DNA of 64,000 nt from positions 3,660,001 to 3,724,000 of the forward strand of contig CM052816.1 in NCBI GenBank assembly GCA_028534125.1, in the 5' to 3' direction. Numbering within the stretch: position 1 is the first letter of the stretch; every line of letters starts with the position of its first letter. The notes under the pieces were generated by a model, which was not told the DNA's origin, did no database searches, and saw nothing but the letters and a program-made list of their open reading frames with translations. Below, piece by piece: positions 13,825-26,303 of this stretch. Source of the DNA: Lama glama (lineage: Eukaryota). The position numbers and the translations under genes are program-made.

Positions 13825-15350
13825 ATGATTTTGAGAAGAGAAGTGATATGAGCTGACTTCAAGTAAAATATAGAAAATATAAAGACTCAATTGTGGAGGC
13901 AGGAAGGTGAGCTTGCAGGTGACTGAGATAATCCAGTCACTGTGGGTAAGAGAGCAGTGTCTGACAATGATGGGGGATGGTCAGATGCTGGGTTCTGTTT
14001 TTAAGATGGAGGCAACAGGATTTTCTGACCAACTGGAAGTCACACATGAAAGAAAAAGGGTTTTTTGTTTGTTTGTTTTTTGTTTTGCCTGAGCACATGG
14101 AAGAATGGAATTATCACTTACTGACAAGAAAAGACAAGAAAGACTATGGGAGGTCAGGCTTGGTGGGGAGAAAATCAGGAATTCTAAGTAAGTACCTGAG
14201 ACACCTATTAGACTTCCAACAGGGAAAGTGAGTAACTGTAGGCATACAAATCCGGAGGTCAGGAGAAAAGTCCTGGGCTAAAGGTGCATAGTTAAGAGTC
14301 ATCAGCATACAGGTGGTATTTAAAACCAAGAAACTGGATGAGATCTTCTAGGGAATGACTGCAGATAAGGTCCCAGGGGTGAGTCCTGGGGCATCACAAT
14401 GATTAGAGGGGCAGGGAGATAAGGAGAAATCGCCAAAGACACAGAGAAAGAGAGGCAGCCAGACCAGGGTAGGGGTGAGGGTAGAATCTAGAGAAAGGGC
14501 ATCGGAAGCAAAGAACTTAGTAAGAAAGGATTTCCAAAGAAAAAGACCAGAAACACTGAGTATTGGATAGGTCAATGTGGAAGTGAGGGGTAGGTCCAGG
14601 TTTTGTGGGCTCCAAGGCTGATGTAATTTGGGGACTCTCAGAGAGGGAGAGAGAGAGAGAGAGAGAACACAGGTGAGGTCTAGGGTCTTGAAAGGGCCTG
14701 TGACACTGAGGGCCTCTGAAGCATCAGCTTTGTTAGTTTCCAGGCAAACCCACCTCTGGCGCTGGTCCCTGCTGACTGCGGAAGGTGTTCTCGGCAGTGG
14801 TGGAGAAAGCCTCCCCGGGGTGGCTCAAGGCAAAATGGGAAGGAAGGAAATGGAGACAGAGTCGAGACAACTTTTCCAAGGAGATGACAGTATATTTGAC
14901 CACCGACAGGAATGAAGGTGAAGATACCGGCGAGGGGATGGTGGTCGGTTGTCAAGCTAATATCCCTGAGTAAGGGCAGGGGGCTGCGATGCACTGCAGG
15001 AGCGGAGGGGGTGCTTCAGTGAGAAGTGTGGACAGCTGATCCCTGTAACTGGAAGAAGGCAGATGGGAAACTCACGGGTAGATGTCCAGGTTGACATGTG
15101 TGGACATTCCCTTTTGAATGCATTTGTTTATTTATTTCATGAAAAAGCAAACAGAGCCATCAGAAGAGAGGGAGGCATGGTGAATGGATTATTGATAGTT
15201 TCAAGAGAGAGGAGGGGTATGAAGAAACTCTAGGACTCGGGCAGGGAATGGACTAGAGACATGCTGGAGAGTTTCTGCACTGTCCTTACAGCCCAGCTGA
15301 GGTTAGGGCTTTTTAAACCTTAGAGAGAGGCTGGTTAATATGAGTGTATA
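13825..15350 (-). mobile_element. L2 element (fragmented), interrupted by MER53
   Basis: Purine-rich L2 3' region: ggtcagatgctgggttctgtttttaagatggaggcaacagga, gagtcatcagcatacaggtggtatttaaaacc, ctggatgagatc. Confidence 0.75.
14585..14758 (+). mobile_element. MER53 hAT MITE nested in L2
   Basis: ggtccaggttttgtggg...aatttgggg...agggtcttgaaagggcc...ctgaagc...aacccacctctg follows the MER53 layout; central part replaced by (GA)n. Confidence 0.7.
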
Positions 15351-18109
15351 TTCTTCTCTGTCCACTGTTGGCTGCCTCGGAGAAGAGAGGGTAGGCAGAG
15401 CATCAGATTAGCCAAGGATGGCACACACATGGGGTGGAGGAGGCAATGGTTAAGCCCACCGTCCACATTCCAACCAGACTGGACTTCTTTGATTTCTTCA
15501 GGCTCTCTTACCTCTGGATCATCCTCTGTTCCCCTATTACACACTGCTGCCCACTGTTCCTTTGGCTAATTACTACCTATCTTAAAAACCAGTTCCTTGG
15601 AGAAATCTTCACTGACCCTCAGACTAGACTGTAATATGCTTCTTGGCTACTTTGCCTTCCTTCTTTCATAAAAGATGCCCCTTGGAAATTATCTGTTCAA
15701 TCTATGTCTTTCATACTGGACCCAGGGGTCCCCAAGGCCAGGGACATGTTTGCCTGTCTTGCTTGGCAGCTGGCAGGGCCTGGCCACACGTGGTGCAGTC
15801 ATGTGGTTCAAATATCCAATGCAAACACTGTCATTGGAACCAGAGTCTCTGCCTCTCGGGCTCCAGGATGACCCAGGACTCAAGAGGCAGCCAGTCTCCG
15901 AAGCCAGAGTAAGAACAGCCAAAAAACAGGTGCTTAACTTCTCTATAATTTTCAAAAACAAACATGTACATGGCTCCAATCAAGTAAAATGTACATTTCA
16001 ACTGAGCAAATCTTCAGGGAGCATTTGCAAAGTGTCAGGGCCCATTCTATGTGGTTTTATAATTATTATCTCATTTTGTTCTTAAAACAAGTATCTGTGT
16101 ATGTGTTCAGACTACAGGGACTTAGTATCAGGAGAAATCCTCAGCTGGAAAGGAACACAACACGCACTCTGATTCACGGTTAGGAATTTCAGATACTTAA
16201 ATGCAGACTGATTTGGCTGCGCAGATACGTGCATTTACGCAGCCCTTTGCTCCGTCTTTTAGCTCAGTGGCTACCATACCTTAGAGTGCGTTAGAATTAT
16301 TATACAGGGTTGAACATACAAAACCATGTACTCTAGGCACAATTTAAGACATTCCCAAGGGGTAGTTTTTTAACCTATAATTTGTTTCCTCTGCTGACTT
16401 TAGAACCTCATTCCCTTACAATTTGCTATTCCTTGGGTATAATATACTCAATAAATATATACTGAATGAGAAAAATAAACATCTCAATTAGAGTAGTTTG
16501 CTGTCTGTCAGAACTACTGAACAAACCATTATTGGGAAGTTACTCGGTACCATGAGGGTACAAAGCTGGAGCGCACAGTCTTCTGGGAACGAGTGGGCAA
16601 GCAGGTAAATGGCAAGACAGCAGTGCAGGCTGCATGCGAAGATACAGAAGCTGAGATGCCGGGGGAAGTCCAGGAGTGAGTGACACTTCAAGAGAAGTAG
16701 GAGTTAACCCAATCAAGAGAATCTGGGGGTGAGCCTATTGGGTTTGCCAGGTGAAGGAATAACAGGTTAAAAAGCACAGGGTGTAGGAAAAAATAAAATC
16801 AGTCATTTCGATTGCTCTAAGAATCGGTCATGACTAAATTCATTGAAGGGGAAAAAAAACCAAACCTAGATTTCCCTAAAGTCCTTTCATTCAGAAAATA
16901 GCCTTTATATTTTTCTTTACCGTCAAGATGTCTGCATCCAGAAGAATCAGACCCAAATGCTTTTCTGCAGTTGGAGGCAGGGGTGCTACAAGATAAAAGC
17001 TGGCGACCGTAAAGTCGTGACTTATGGTCCTAAAAGAAAGTCTGGGGTCCTCATTCTTGGTTGTTGGGAAGCCCGTTTCATACCAACCTTACGTTCAGCC
17101 CACATGCACATGATGTGCTATGAATCAGGTCGGCGACTCTCACTGCGATCTAGATTGTGGGGAATGCTGACATGCCCTTGGCCGTCTGAGAAGTACTCCT
17201 GAATCACTCCTCAGGAGCTCTGACCCCTGTATCCCTTGGCCAGTCTGAAGAAACAAGTTCTAATACTGACTCGTCTTTTAAGAAGTAAAAGTAGGTGACA
17301 ATAGATCCTGAAGAGTCATTACAAATTTTATTCCTTTCTTGGTTTGCTGAAATCATGACCTCACTCATGACTCTCTTACTTGTAAGGATATCTCTTGATG
17401 ACAATGCAAGGTAATTCAGAAAAATCAGGAACAACGCTGTTTTGTTTGAGATGAAGCAGCCAGTTGCTTTTAGAGATCAGGCAGAGATTCTGATTACCAC
17501 CTCGATGAACTAGGTAATTTCAAGCTTTAGAAATAGAAAAAAATTAACTCAAATCACAACTGGAATCATGGAGCTTTGCAAGTGAGTACTGATAGTGAAG
17601 ACTTGCCCTTTCCTTCCAAACTGATTGATCTGTGTCATTTGGTGCTTAGTGGTCGTCTATAAACTAGGCACTGCGGTAGAAACAGAGGGCTTGTCAAAGC
17701 AAGATGACCCAAGGGTGTCGATGGGACTCCTGAGGAATTTTTGCCTTTTTTCATTATTTCACTGTTCTCTCTTAAGAAAATGGAGTGGCCCAGTCTATGT
17801 CATGATTCCCACAAAACCCCCATTCTCTATAGCTAGACAACTATCAAACCATCCAAGCATCATTGTCTCTGCTGAGCAATACCTCACTCCCGAGTCTCTT
17901 TAACTGGGAGTGAGTTCAAAGTCCTTCATTTCAAATCCAGAGTAGAGGCACAGGATGCTGTACCTGTGAGAGTGAGAGACTGGCAAGACTGACAATCATG
18001 GTAGCTCTATCTCATCCTGTTCTTGACCTTTATATGCAAACATTAGTCTTAGGACCTTTTAAAAACCTATTTTGGTTTGATTTGTAAACTACTACTCATT
18101 AGATTGTCC

Positions 18110-18330
18110 CTGTGTACTAGGAGACACATGAAATGCTTTGCATACATTTTCTCATTTAACCCTAATAATACAATAAGTCAGATAGTATTGACCTCCCTTT
18201 TGTATAGATAGAGAAATGAGGTTTAGAGAGGTTAAGTAACCTACGCAGGGACACCCAGCTGGGTCAGGAGTAGCGAGATGAATCCAAGGCTGGTGTGCCT
18301 TCAGAACTGTGTGCTTTAAGGCTCTGCTCC
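18110..18330 (-). mobile_element. MIR SINE
   Basis: ttctcatttaaccct...tatagatagagaaatgaggtttagagaggttaagtaacct. Confidence 0.8.
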
Positions 18331-18364
18331 TCTGAAATAAACTTCCTATGCCAGCATCAGGTTT

Positions 18365-18502
18365 CTCTTGCGGTAATGAGTAATTGTCACTAGGGATGCA
18401 CAAAGAGCAAGCTGAACTCCATCTGTTCAGAACACAGTACAGGAATCCCTTCCACAAAGTAGCAGGTTGGACCAGGTGGCCTCTCACATACCTTCCAACT
18501 GA
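18365..18502 (+). mobile_element. L3/CR1 3' end fragment
   Basis: ggtaatgag...tgtcactaggg...ggttggaccaggtggcctct...ccttccaact. Confidence 0.5.
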
Positions 18503-19207
18503 TTGCTACATTTTGGTGAAAGGTTGATGTATTTTGAAAGCTGGGCTTGGGACACTGAGTTGGTGGCCATGTTAGACCACTATGGGTACCATTATGGAGG
18601 AAACAGATGGAAAGGAATGAATGGTCACCCAGAGAATTCTTCATTTTTGCAACATATAATCCTTGTTCCTAGTCTGCTTAAAAACTGTTGGTCCTTGTGA
18701 CTCATTATATTAAAAACCTGTAACTCATATAATATTTCACAGCAACTATACTTCAATAAAAATTTTGGTGGTCTGGCAAATAAGCTCTAATTCCATTTGA
18801 TCTTGTCCTGGTGAGTGATTTCATGCTCTGAAATAAAGTATGAGGCATCCCATTTGAGCTGCAGTGATGTCTCTACATTTCTTACACATACTGCCATCTA
18901 ACTTCCTGTGTTAGAACACAGCACCCCCACCAAGTTGAAAGATGTTCTCTAATTTATAAACAAGCAGGGAGAACAGCAGGATAGCAGAGCTAGGTCAATT
19001 ATAATAGCAAATGTGGATGAGCCACTATCCCCAGAGGAATACTCAGAAAAATTAAGACTCTGAGAAGACGAAATGACCAGTCTGAATGGTAACATCCCCA
19101 CCTCTCTATTACCCCTCACCTAAGAGTTGAAAAACACCTTCTTTGTACCTCCCATCAGTTTTTATCCTAGGAAAGAAAAATCCTAAACTGGGCTATATGT
19201 TAGGGCA

Positions 19208-19400
19208 CTCATCCATGCATCCATCCATCCATGCATGCATTCATCCATTCATGCATCCAACCATCAATCCATTCATCCATCAATCCACTCTACTATTTTC
19301 CAGGCACTGTTCTGAGCACTGGGCATATCGTCAAGAACATGATGAAAGTGATTCCTGATTTCACAAAATTCACAGTTTGGTGAGGACGCAACTGTGATAG
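19208..19400 (-). repeat. Degenerate (CATC/ATCC)n microsatellite expanded from an L2 tail, plus L2 3' end
   Basis: catccatgcatccatccatccatgcatgcattcatcc... followed by ccaggcactgttctgagcactggg. Confidence 0.75.
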
Positions 19401-19704
19401 AGTATGATATAGGCTGTGATAAGGAAATTTCATGATGTAATACAAGCATATGGCTGGTTATGGAAACAGTAATGTCTGAACTGTTTCCCAAAGGATGAGC
19501 TGGAACTCTCTAGGTCAAGTAGGTACCTATGATATTTGGGGGAAAGGAACAAAGAGTGACATAGGGTTTCATAGTATAGGACACATGAGGAAGACAACAA
19601 AGTACAGTGTTCGGGGAATGGAACACCTTCTAGCAGTTTCCATCGACCTCCTCAGTCACACAGTCATGGACAGCTGTGCCATTTCTTCTTGCATTTTTTT
19701 AATC

Positions 19705-19885
19705 TAAAAAATTTTAGACAGCTTTATTGAGACATAATTCACATACCGCAGAATTCACTGATTTAAAGTGTACAATTCAATGGCTTTTATTGTATTTATG
19801 GAGTTGTATAACCATCACTATAATTACTTTTAGAATATTTTCGTCACCCCAGGAAGAAGCGCCATGCTCCTTAGCCATCACCCCA
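19705..19885 (-). mobile_element. Old L1 (L1MB-type) 3' end
   Basis: cagctttattgagacataattcacatacc...tttaaagtgtacaattcaatgg...ttttagaatattttcgtcacccca. Confidence 0.85.
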
Positions 19886-22202
19886 TAAGGCAATTGGTTT
19901 TTAAACACGCAAGTAACCTTCAGATGTAAAAAAGTCGTTAACTGGCAACTGCTATCTAATAGGTCCAGAGAACAAAGAGCCAGAGACCTCAACTTATGGA
20001 ATCAAAGATGGCTTTCCACATCTGCTGCAAATGTGTGTGTTGGGGGGTAGGGGGGTGGAGAGAGAAGAGGGTTCTAAGAGACCCTAGAATAATGAGTCAG
20101 AAACTTCACTTTTAGCTCAAAAAAAAAAAATAGACTCTTGGAAGCAGAGGTATTTAATTACAAGAGCTCATCTTTTAGGGAGAGGATTTCATTTCCTGTG
20201 TGTTAGTTTATTTGTTAAGCCAACAACATAGAAGAGTAAGAGGACTGGAATTTGGAAACTCCAAGCATGCTTCAGAACAGTTTTCCTCCCCCAAGTATTT
20301 CAACAAATGGCCGTCAAACAAGAACTGGAGGGGGAACACATTCAAAACTGAGATTGTGCCTGTGGGCCCAGGACACTGTACCGAGGAGTATAGTGTCAGC
20401 CAGCTAGAACTCCGAATAAGCTCTCCTGAGGGTTCCCAGAACAAAACGGACCATTGCTTATCTTCTAAGACATCATGAGAGGAAACGCAAGGTCTCAATG
20501 AGAAATTCCACGTCTTTCTTGGTATCTGAGTGGTACAACTATAGACTTATTTCTTCCTCTCCTGGCCCAACCTGCACAGTTCCATAGAGTCTCAAGATGA
20601 GGAGCAGCTTAAAATCTCCCAAGTGCTCCAAGGAGAGGATAAAAATTGGCATAACTTGAGAGCCCTCACGTTTGGGGTGAAGAAAATACAGGTGTTTCAC
20701 GTCACTGGGAATACGTACTGATGCCTAAAGCTAGTGACTTCCCTCAAGTGACTGGACACATACTCATGACCATGGACCAGGCATCTTCCTCCAAGACAGG
20801 AAGATACAGAATTTCTCCCCATAACTTACATGTCCCCATCAACTGAATCTTAGTCCTCGAATACGAAACTCAATTACTGCCTCTTCATGAAAGTCTTACT
20901 CTAACCCATAATAATCTCTGCTTTCTCTAGACATGCAGTCCTCACCTATGTCCCTTATTTTACACCAAAACACTGCTTTGCACTGCTCATTTTCCTTTGA
21001 TCTTGACTCAAAAATTAACGCCAGACTCCACAGACTGCAGTCTACTCCAACAGCAGAGCATCCAGTGTAAATACCAGGCTAATACAACCCACTGGGGGTT
21101 CAAAATTCTGGCTTTGGAGTCAAGATGACCTTCATTTGCTTCTTGAGTCTGCTATGTGGACAAATGGTTCACTTTCTCTAAACTACTTTCTAGTTCTATT
21201 AGGCAGGTAGAGGAGTTCACTGTGCTCTGGGTATTGTGAGGATTGAATGTGACATGCTAGTTTTATCAAATATTTACCAGTGTTTTATATTGGCATTTTC
21301 TCTCTCACTTTGACCCTTTCTCCCATCCAAGAGCCAGGAACATTTTGCTCACTGGCTCAGAGATGAGATACCATGAAAGAAAGGTGCCTTTTAGATATGA
21401 AAAGCTTGGAAGATGAGGGTGTTGGAAATAACTCAAGACATGATGAGTAAGAGAGTGAGGGTTCCTCACTCCTGGACCAGAGACAAGTTGACTGTGCTCA
21501 GGGAGGAATGAAAGATAGAGGTAGCTGGTGACAATTTGGGCACTGGCCACTGTTCCACAGGCTGAGCCTGGAGAAGGGGGAAAAAAAAAGAAGAGAAAGA
21601 GAAGTTTATGATACCTAATTTATCCCAATGTTGGAAAGAGCACATGAGGGGCAAGACCCTGGGAAAGGGTGGATAACCAGTGTTTTCATGCAGTAAGGCC
21701 ACAAACTGTCTTAAGAAATTTTCTCTGCCCCTGTGTGATGCAAGAACAGAAAAATGAACAAAAGTGGCATGCAGACAGCACAGAGACTCTTTGGACATAA
21801 AGGAGCCTTGCAGACAAGAAGGAGAGGTATCTCAGTGGTGACCTGTGATGACCAGGGACCAGATGAGGCAGTGGACACCTCACTGGGTGTCAGCAGGGAC
21901 AGAAGATAGCAGTATTAACACGGGCATGCGTCCTTTGCACAATATAAGCCCGGGAAAAAGACTGTGAACACCCCAAATAGTAGTTTAAGCTTTGTTACTC
22001 TGGTGGGATGAGAGCTGAACTAGATACTCAGTTGCTACAGAAAAATAAGGATTTTGTATCTTGTACACTTGAGTTGTAGTTGAAATGGGTACACATTACA
22101 TGCTGTAAAATGCTTCCGTATGTGGTAAATGCTCAGTATTTTTATCTATCCACCAGTACCTGTTGCAATGACAGTATTAGACGACACCTTTGGAGTGCAC
22201 AG

Positions 22203-22425
22203 CAGACATCTACAAACTATGTAGACCATGGGCCAAAGGTGACTTATCACCTGTTTTCATAAATAAAGCTTTATTGGAACATAGTCATGCTCAGTTGTTT
22301 CACACTGTCTATGGCTGCTTTTGAGCTGTAACAGCAAAGCTGAGTAGCTGCCACAAAGATCATATGTCCATCAAAACCTAAAATATTTCCTCTTGCCCTT
22401 TATAGAAAATGTTGGCAAACTCCTG
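22203..22425 (+). mobile_element. MER58A-like hAT-Charlie MITE
   Basis: caaactat...aaataaagctttattggaaca...tgtctatggctgcttt...cctaaaatattt...ccctttatagaaaatgttggcaaactcctg. Confidence 0.85.
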
Positions 22426-22515
22426 GTTTAGAGTCTTAATTCTAAAAGGCTATTACACACATACAATCTCACACACACCTCTGTTTCTAATGTGTGTACA
22501 CGTGCACACACATAT

Positions 22516-22585
22516 TGCATTAGTTAGGTTTTTCCAAAGAAACAGAACCAAAAGGATGTGTGTATATGTATATAAAGATAGAAGG

Positions 22586-22629
<44 letters not shown>

Positions 22630-22978
22630 ATTTATTTTAAGGGGTTGGCTTATGAGATGATGGACAGTGATGTCCCAACTCTGTAGGGTAGACCAGAAGG
22701 CTGGATAAGGGTTGCCATTACAAGTCCAAAAATAGCCTGCTGACAGAATTTTCTCTTCTTCTGGGGAAGTTAGTCTTTTTCTATTAAAGCCTTCAAATGA
22801 TTGGATGAGATGAGGTCTACTCGATTTATGGAGGGTAATCTGTCTTACTCAATTCAAATGATTTGAATGTTGATCCTAACTGAAAAACACACCTTCATGG
22901 AAACATATAGAATCATATTTGACCAAAAATCTGGATACCATGGCCCAGTCCAGCTGACACATAAAATTAACCCACACA
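22516..22978 (-). mobile_element. MLT2-family (ERVL) solo LTR containing a (GA)n microsatellite (about 22590-22626)
   Basis: tgcattagttaggtttttccaaagaaacagaacca...gctgacacataaaattaacccacaca. Confidence 0.85.
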
Positions 22979-24169
22979 AGCGCACACACATACATACACA
23001 CCCAACAATGTCCTCTGAAACCAAGGAGAGGACACACTACTCTTTGTATTTTTTTCTAAAGGTTTCACTCAACTCATCTGGATTACTTTGCAGTTAAATC
23101 AGTCAATCAGGATACACAAATCCTGCATACTACTCAGTGCTCTGAGAAGGAATATATTTTGCTACGACAATTCATATTTTGTCCCTGAGAAAGATAAAGG
23201 GAAATACTTCACATCTCACAACCTGGTCATTTTGGTATAGCACCAGCATGAAAAGGCTAAATCCAAGTGGATTTTTATTTAAATCAGCTGGTGTAGAAGA
23301 TGACACATTCCTTTTTTCTCTGTGGGAAAACCAGACGGGTCTAATTAATAAGATGCATCATATCAATCTTCAATTATGTCTCAGTGGGGAGGGAGAATAA
23401 TGTGGTCTGTATGTCTTTAGACCTTGGAGAATGATGTTTTAATTAAATAAACACATTTTACTTTCTATATTTAGGAAATAGCTTTAAAAACAAAGTCTTG
23501 AGGTCTGATTTTAAAGGAAAAGGATGCAACATAGAAACCTCTGTTAATAGAATCCTATTTTGTCCTCACTTTCACAGAACAGGTATAGTAATACATGCTC
23601 TGTCTTTCACAGGATTAGTGTGAAAAGCAAATGGTTTTTAGGAGAGAATTTTAAAAATTGTAAAAGACTAGGCAAATAGAAGATGATAAAGCAAGTGTCC
23701 AGAACACTCTAGTTGGCTGTAGCTCAGCTTTGAATATCAATATCCAAGAAGTTAAAAAAAAATAATTCTCAATGAATGCTGAAAACCAAGGCAAAGTAAA
23801 GGCAGGCAGATGTAATTAAACAGAATACAGGACGCCAAAGCCCTCACCTTACCTCCCAGATCCCAGAGTCAGCATTTCCTCTGAAAGTTACAGTCACCTG
23901 GGTGAAAAGGTGAGTCCTACAGTTTGGACTCCAAAGCTCCCGCCGCTGGAAAACTTTAATTAGACAACATATTGCAACCTTAGCCATCTGGGATGTTATA
24001 TTTTGCCAGACAACCATGGAACCTCTAAGACCCGAGAGTTCATAAAGTCCAGGTTATAAGTGCAAAAGTCTCCAGGGCTCAGAAAGGGAATGGAAGAGTA
24101 AAAATATGTCAGACGTCAACCCCAAGCACAGTGAGAAATGGGAACTGGCCCCCAGCCTCACCGTCAGGG

Positions 24170-24400
24170 AGACAATAAGGAGTGGTGGGGACTGGGGAGA
24201 ATGAGAGACCATCTATCCTTCCAAAGGCAGCAGCTCTTTTGGAGATCCCCACTTCCTGACATGTGAGACTAGGGTTCCAGAAAAGATAGGCTATCTCTCA
24301 ATTTGTAAATATTGGCAGCTGATTCAAATGTAAACACCACCAACATAACCCATATGCTGAATGACACACCTACATGCAGTCAACGGAAATTTCTGGTAGT
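24170..24400. mobile_element. MER102-like hAT-Charlie fragment
   Basis: ggagtggtggggactg...ggcagcagct...aaatattggcagctgattcaaa. Confidence 0.5.
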
Positions 24401-25439
24401 CTGCCCTTCTGATTTTACTAACAAGGAAACAGAGAGAAGAGTGACTAGGGGCTGGGGGTGAGCAACCAACCAGTTAGAGGTCAAGCCTTTCTGCCTCTTA
24501 ACCATTAAATTATTATACTATGCCGGCAGATGTACTGGTGTGCCCAGTATGCTGATTTTGCAATACATGTCTAACTGCCTCCAAACATTCGTGAAGTTAA
24601 GAATGTTTTCTTGTTCTCATTTTCATCTTCCCACCCATTTCTCAAGACAGAAGTTAAACTATTGCAAAAAATTCTAACGATGGTTTTGAGGTCAGATCAC
24701 ACACTTCTTCTCTAAAGCCTGGGGATGTAGGATGCACTGGTCTCTTTTTCTCCAGGCAGTCAGAGCATGTAATAAGATTTCTTGCCTTCCTTATTTCCGT
24801 GGTCATAAATCTTAGCTCTAAACTCACTCCTTCCCCTCCAGGTCTCTCTTCGTGGTTTTTGTCATGCTACCCAAACTTCATGCAGCAACTGAACTTGGGT
24901 TTCACTGACAACTTGAGAATAAAAAGTAAAATCTGCCAAAGAGAACGTGAGCATTATGTTGCATAAGGCAGAGGAAGCTTAGGTGGTACTGGAAGCCATG
25001 TTTCATTAAAACAGCAAATATTTCCTCAGTTGCCCCTACTCCTGTCTGACTGGCCTCAGATCCATCACTCAGCACACTTGTGCCTCAGCTTGCCTGGTGA
25101 TAATGTCCTACAGGGCTCCGGACAAAGGGAGGTGACTGTGCTGAGTAGATTGTCGGACACATGGTTGGCACATGGCAATTGCTGGCTGAGCCTGGGGACA
25201 CCGCATACTTAGCAGTATGTTCATCATAAATCACGTCTCCAAACTCATGCATAACAATGCCCGAGGCTTATTAGGTTACAGTGCAGTTAAGTGAAGGTTT
25301 TGTTTTACTCAAACATTTGTAGATTCTTTTTCAAAAATAGCTCAATCTGTGCCTTTATATTGCACACCGAAAAATCTGAACAATTTAAAAGTATTTATTA
25401 TATAAAAACAGAGGCATCCTAGACAAGGTCATAAACTGG

Positions 25440-25578
25440 TCAAAAAATGGCTTGTGAATGCTGTGATGTCTGGGATTTCCTTCTTAATAGCATGAGGAAG
25501 AGAAAGAGATGTAAAGACTGTTCATGAGTTGATAATTGTTGAAGACAGGTGACAGGTACATAGGGGCTCATTACTGGA
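25440..25578 (+). mobile_element. Old L1M 3' UTR fragment
   Basis: tgatgtctgggattt...catgagttgataattgttgaag...ggtacataggggctcatta. Confidence 0.65.
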
Positions 25579-25594
25579 TTACGGTCCTGTACTG

Positions 25595-25673
25595 AAATGG
25601 AGGTACTGGGGATTGAACCCAGGACCTCGTGCATGCTAAACCCACACCCCTATTGCTGAGCTGTACCCTCCTT
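25595..25673 (-). mobile_element. Camelid vic-1-type SINE, tRNA-like head, no clear tail
   Basis: Reverse complement GGAGGGTACAGCTCAG...AGCATGCACGAGGTCCTGGGTTCAATCCCCAGTACCTCCA. Confidence 0.85.
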
Positions 25674-25779
25674 GCACCACCCCCCACCGCTGGACTATGA
25701 CTCTTAAGCAGAAGGACAAAGAGATGGAAACCAGTTGGGGTTTGTGCATCCAAGCTTCCTGATCCTACTCTTCTGGTTC

Positions 25780-25966
25780 CAGGATTTCTACTTTCCTACT
25801 TCCCAGCCTTCTAAAGCCACCACAGTTACTTCTTGCCTCTGGGCCTCATTTTCTAGTCTCCTGTTGATTTTGGAGGCTTCTTGAAATCCTTTCCAATAGG
25901 TCCTCTTTTAGGTAATCAGGCCAGAATGTGCTTCTCTTGTTTACTCCTGAAGAACCCTAAATAAGA
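25780..25966 (+). mobile_element. ERVL LTR 3' fragment (LTR33-like)
   Basis: ttcttgaaatcctttccaata...gccagaatgtgcttctcttgttt...aagaaccctaa. Confidence 0.45.
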
Positions 25967-26262
25967 GGACAGGTCCACGAGCTGCTGCTTTGGTTGTAAA
26001 GATCAAACAAGCCAACATCTATGAAAATCCATTAGACGCAGGGACTACTTTGAATATGTTAGTTAATAAATCCAGGTAGATGAAGTCCAGTAGGTCACCT
26101 TTTCATTCAATGAAGATTTAAATACCAAATTTTTACCTGTCCCAGCCATTAAGCTAAAAATAGCAAGTATCTAAACGTAATTACTAAGGTGATTCAACGC
26201 GGAAGTGTTCTGCAGTTCTTCCTGTTCTGCAGGGAGGTGGTGCTGATGCTTGTGCTGGTGGG

Positions 26263-26303
26263 GCGTGTGTGTGCGCGCGTGTGTGCGTGCGTGCATGTGT
26301 ACG
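26263..26303. repeat. 41-nt perfectly alternating purine-pyrimidine (TG/CG) tract
   Basis: gcgtgtgtgtgcgcgcgtgtgtgcgtgcgtgcatgtgtacg. Confidence 0.9.
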
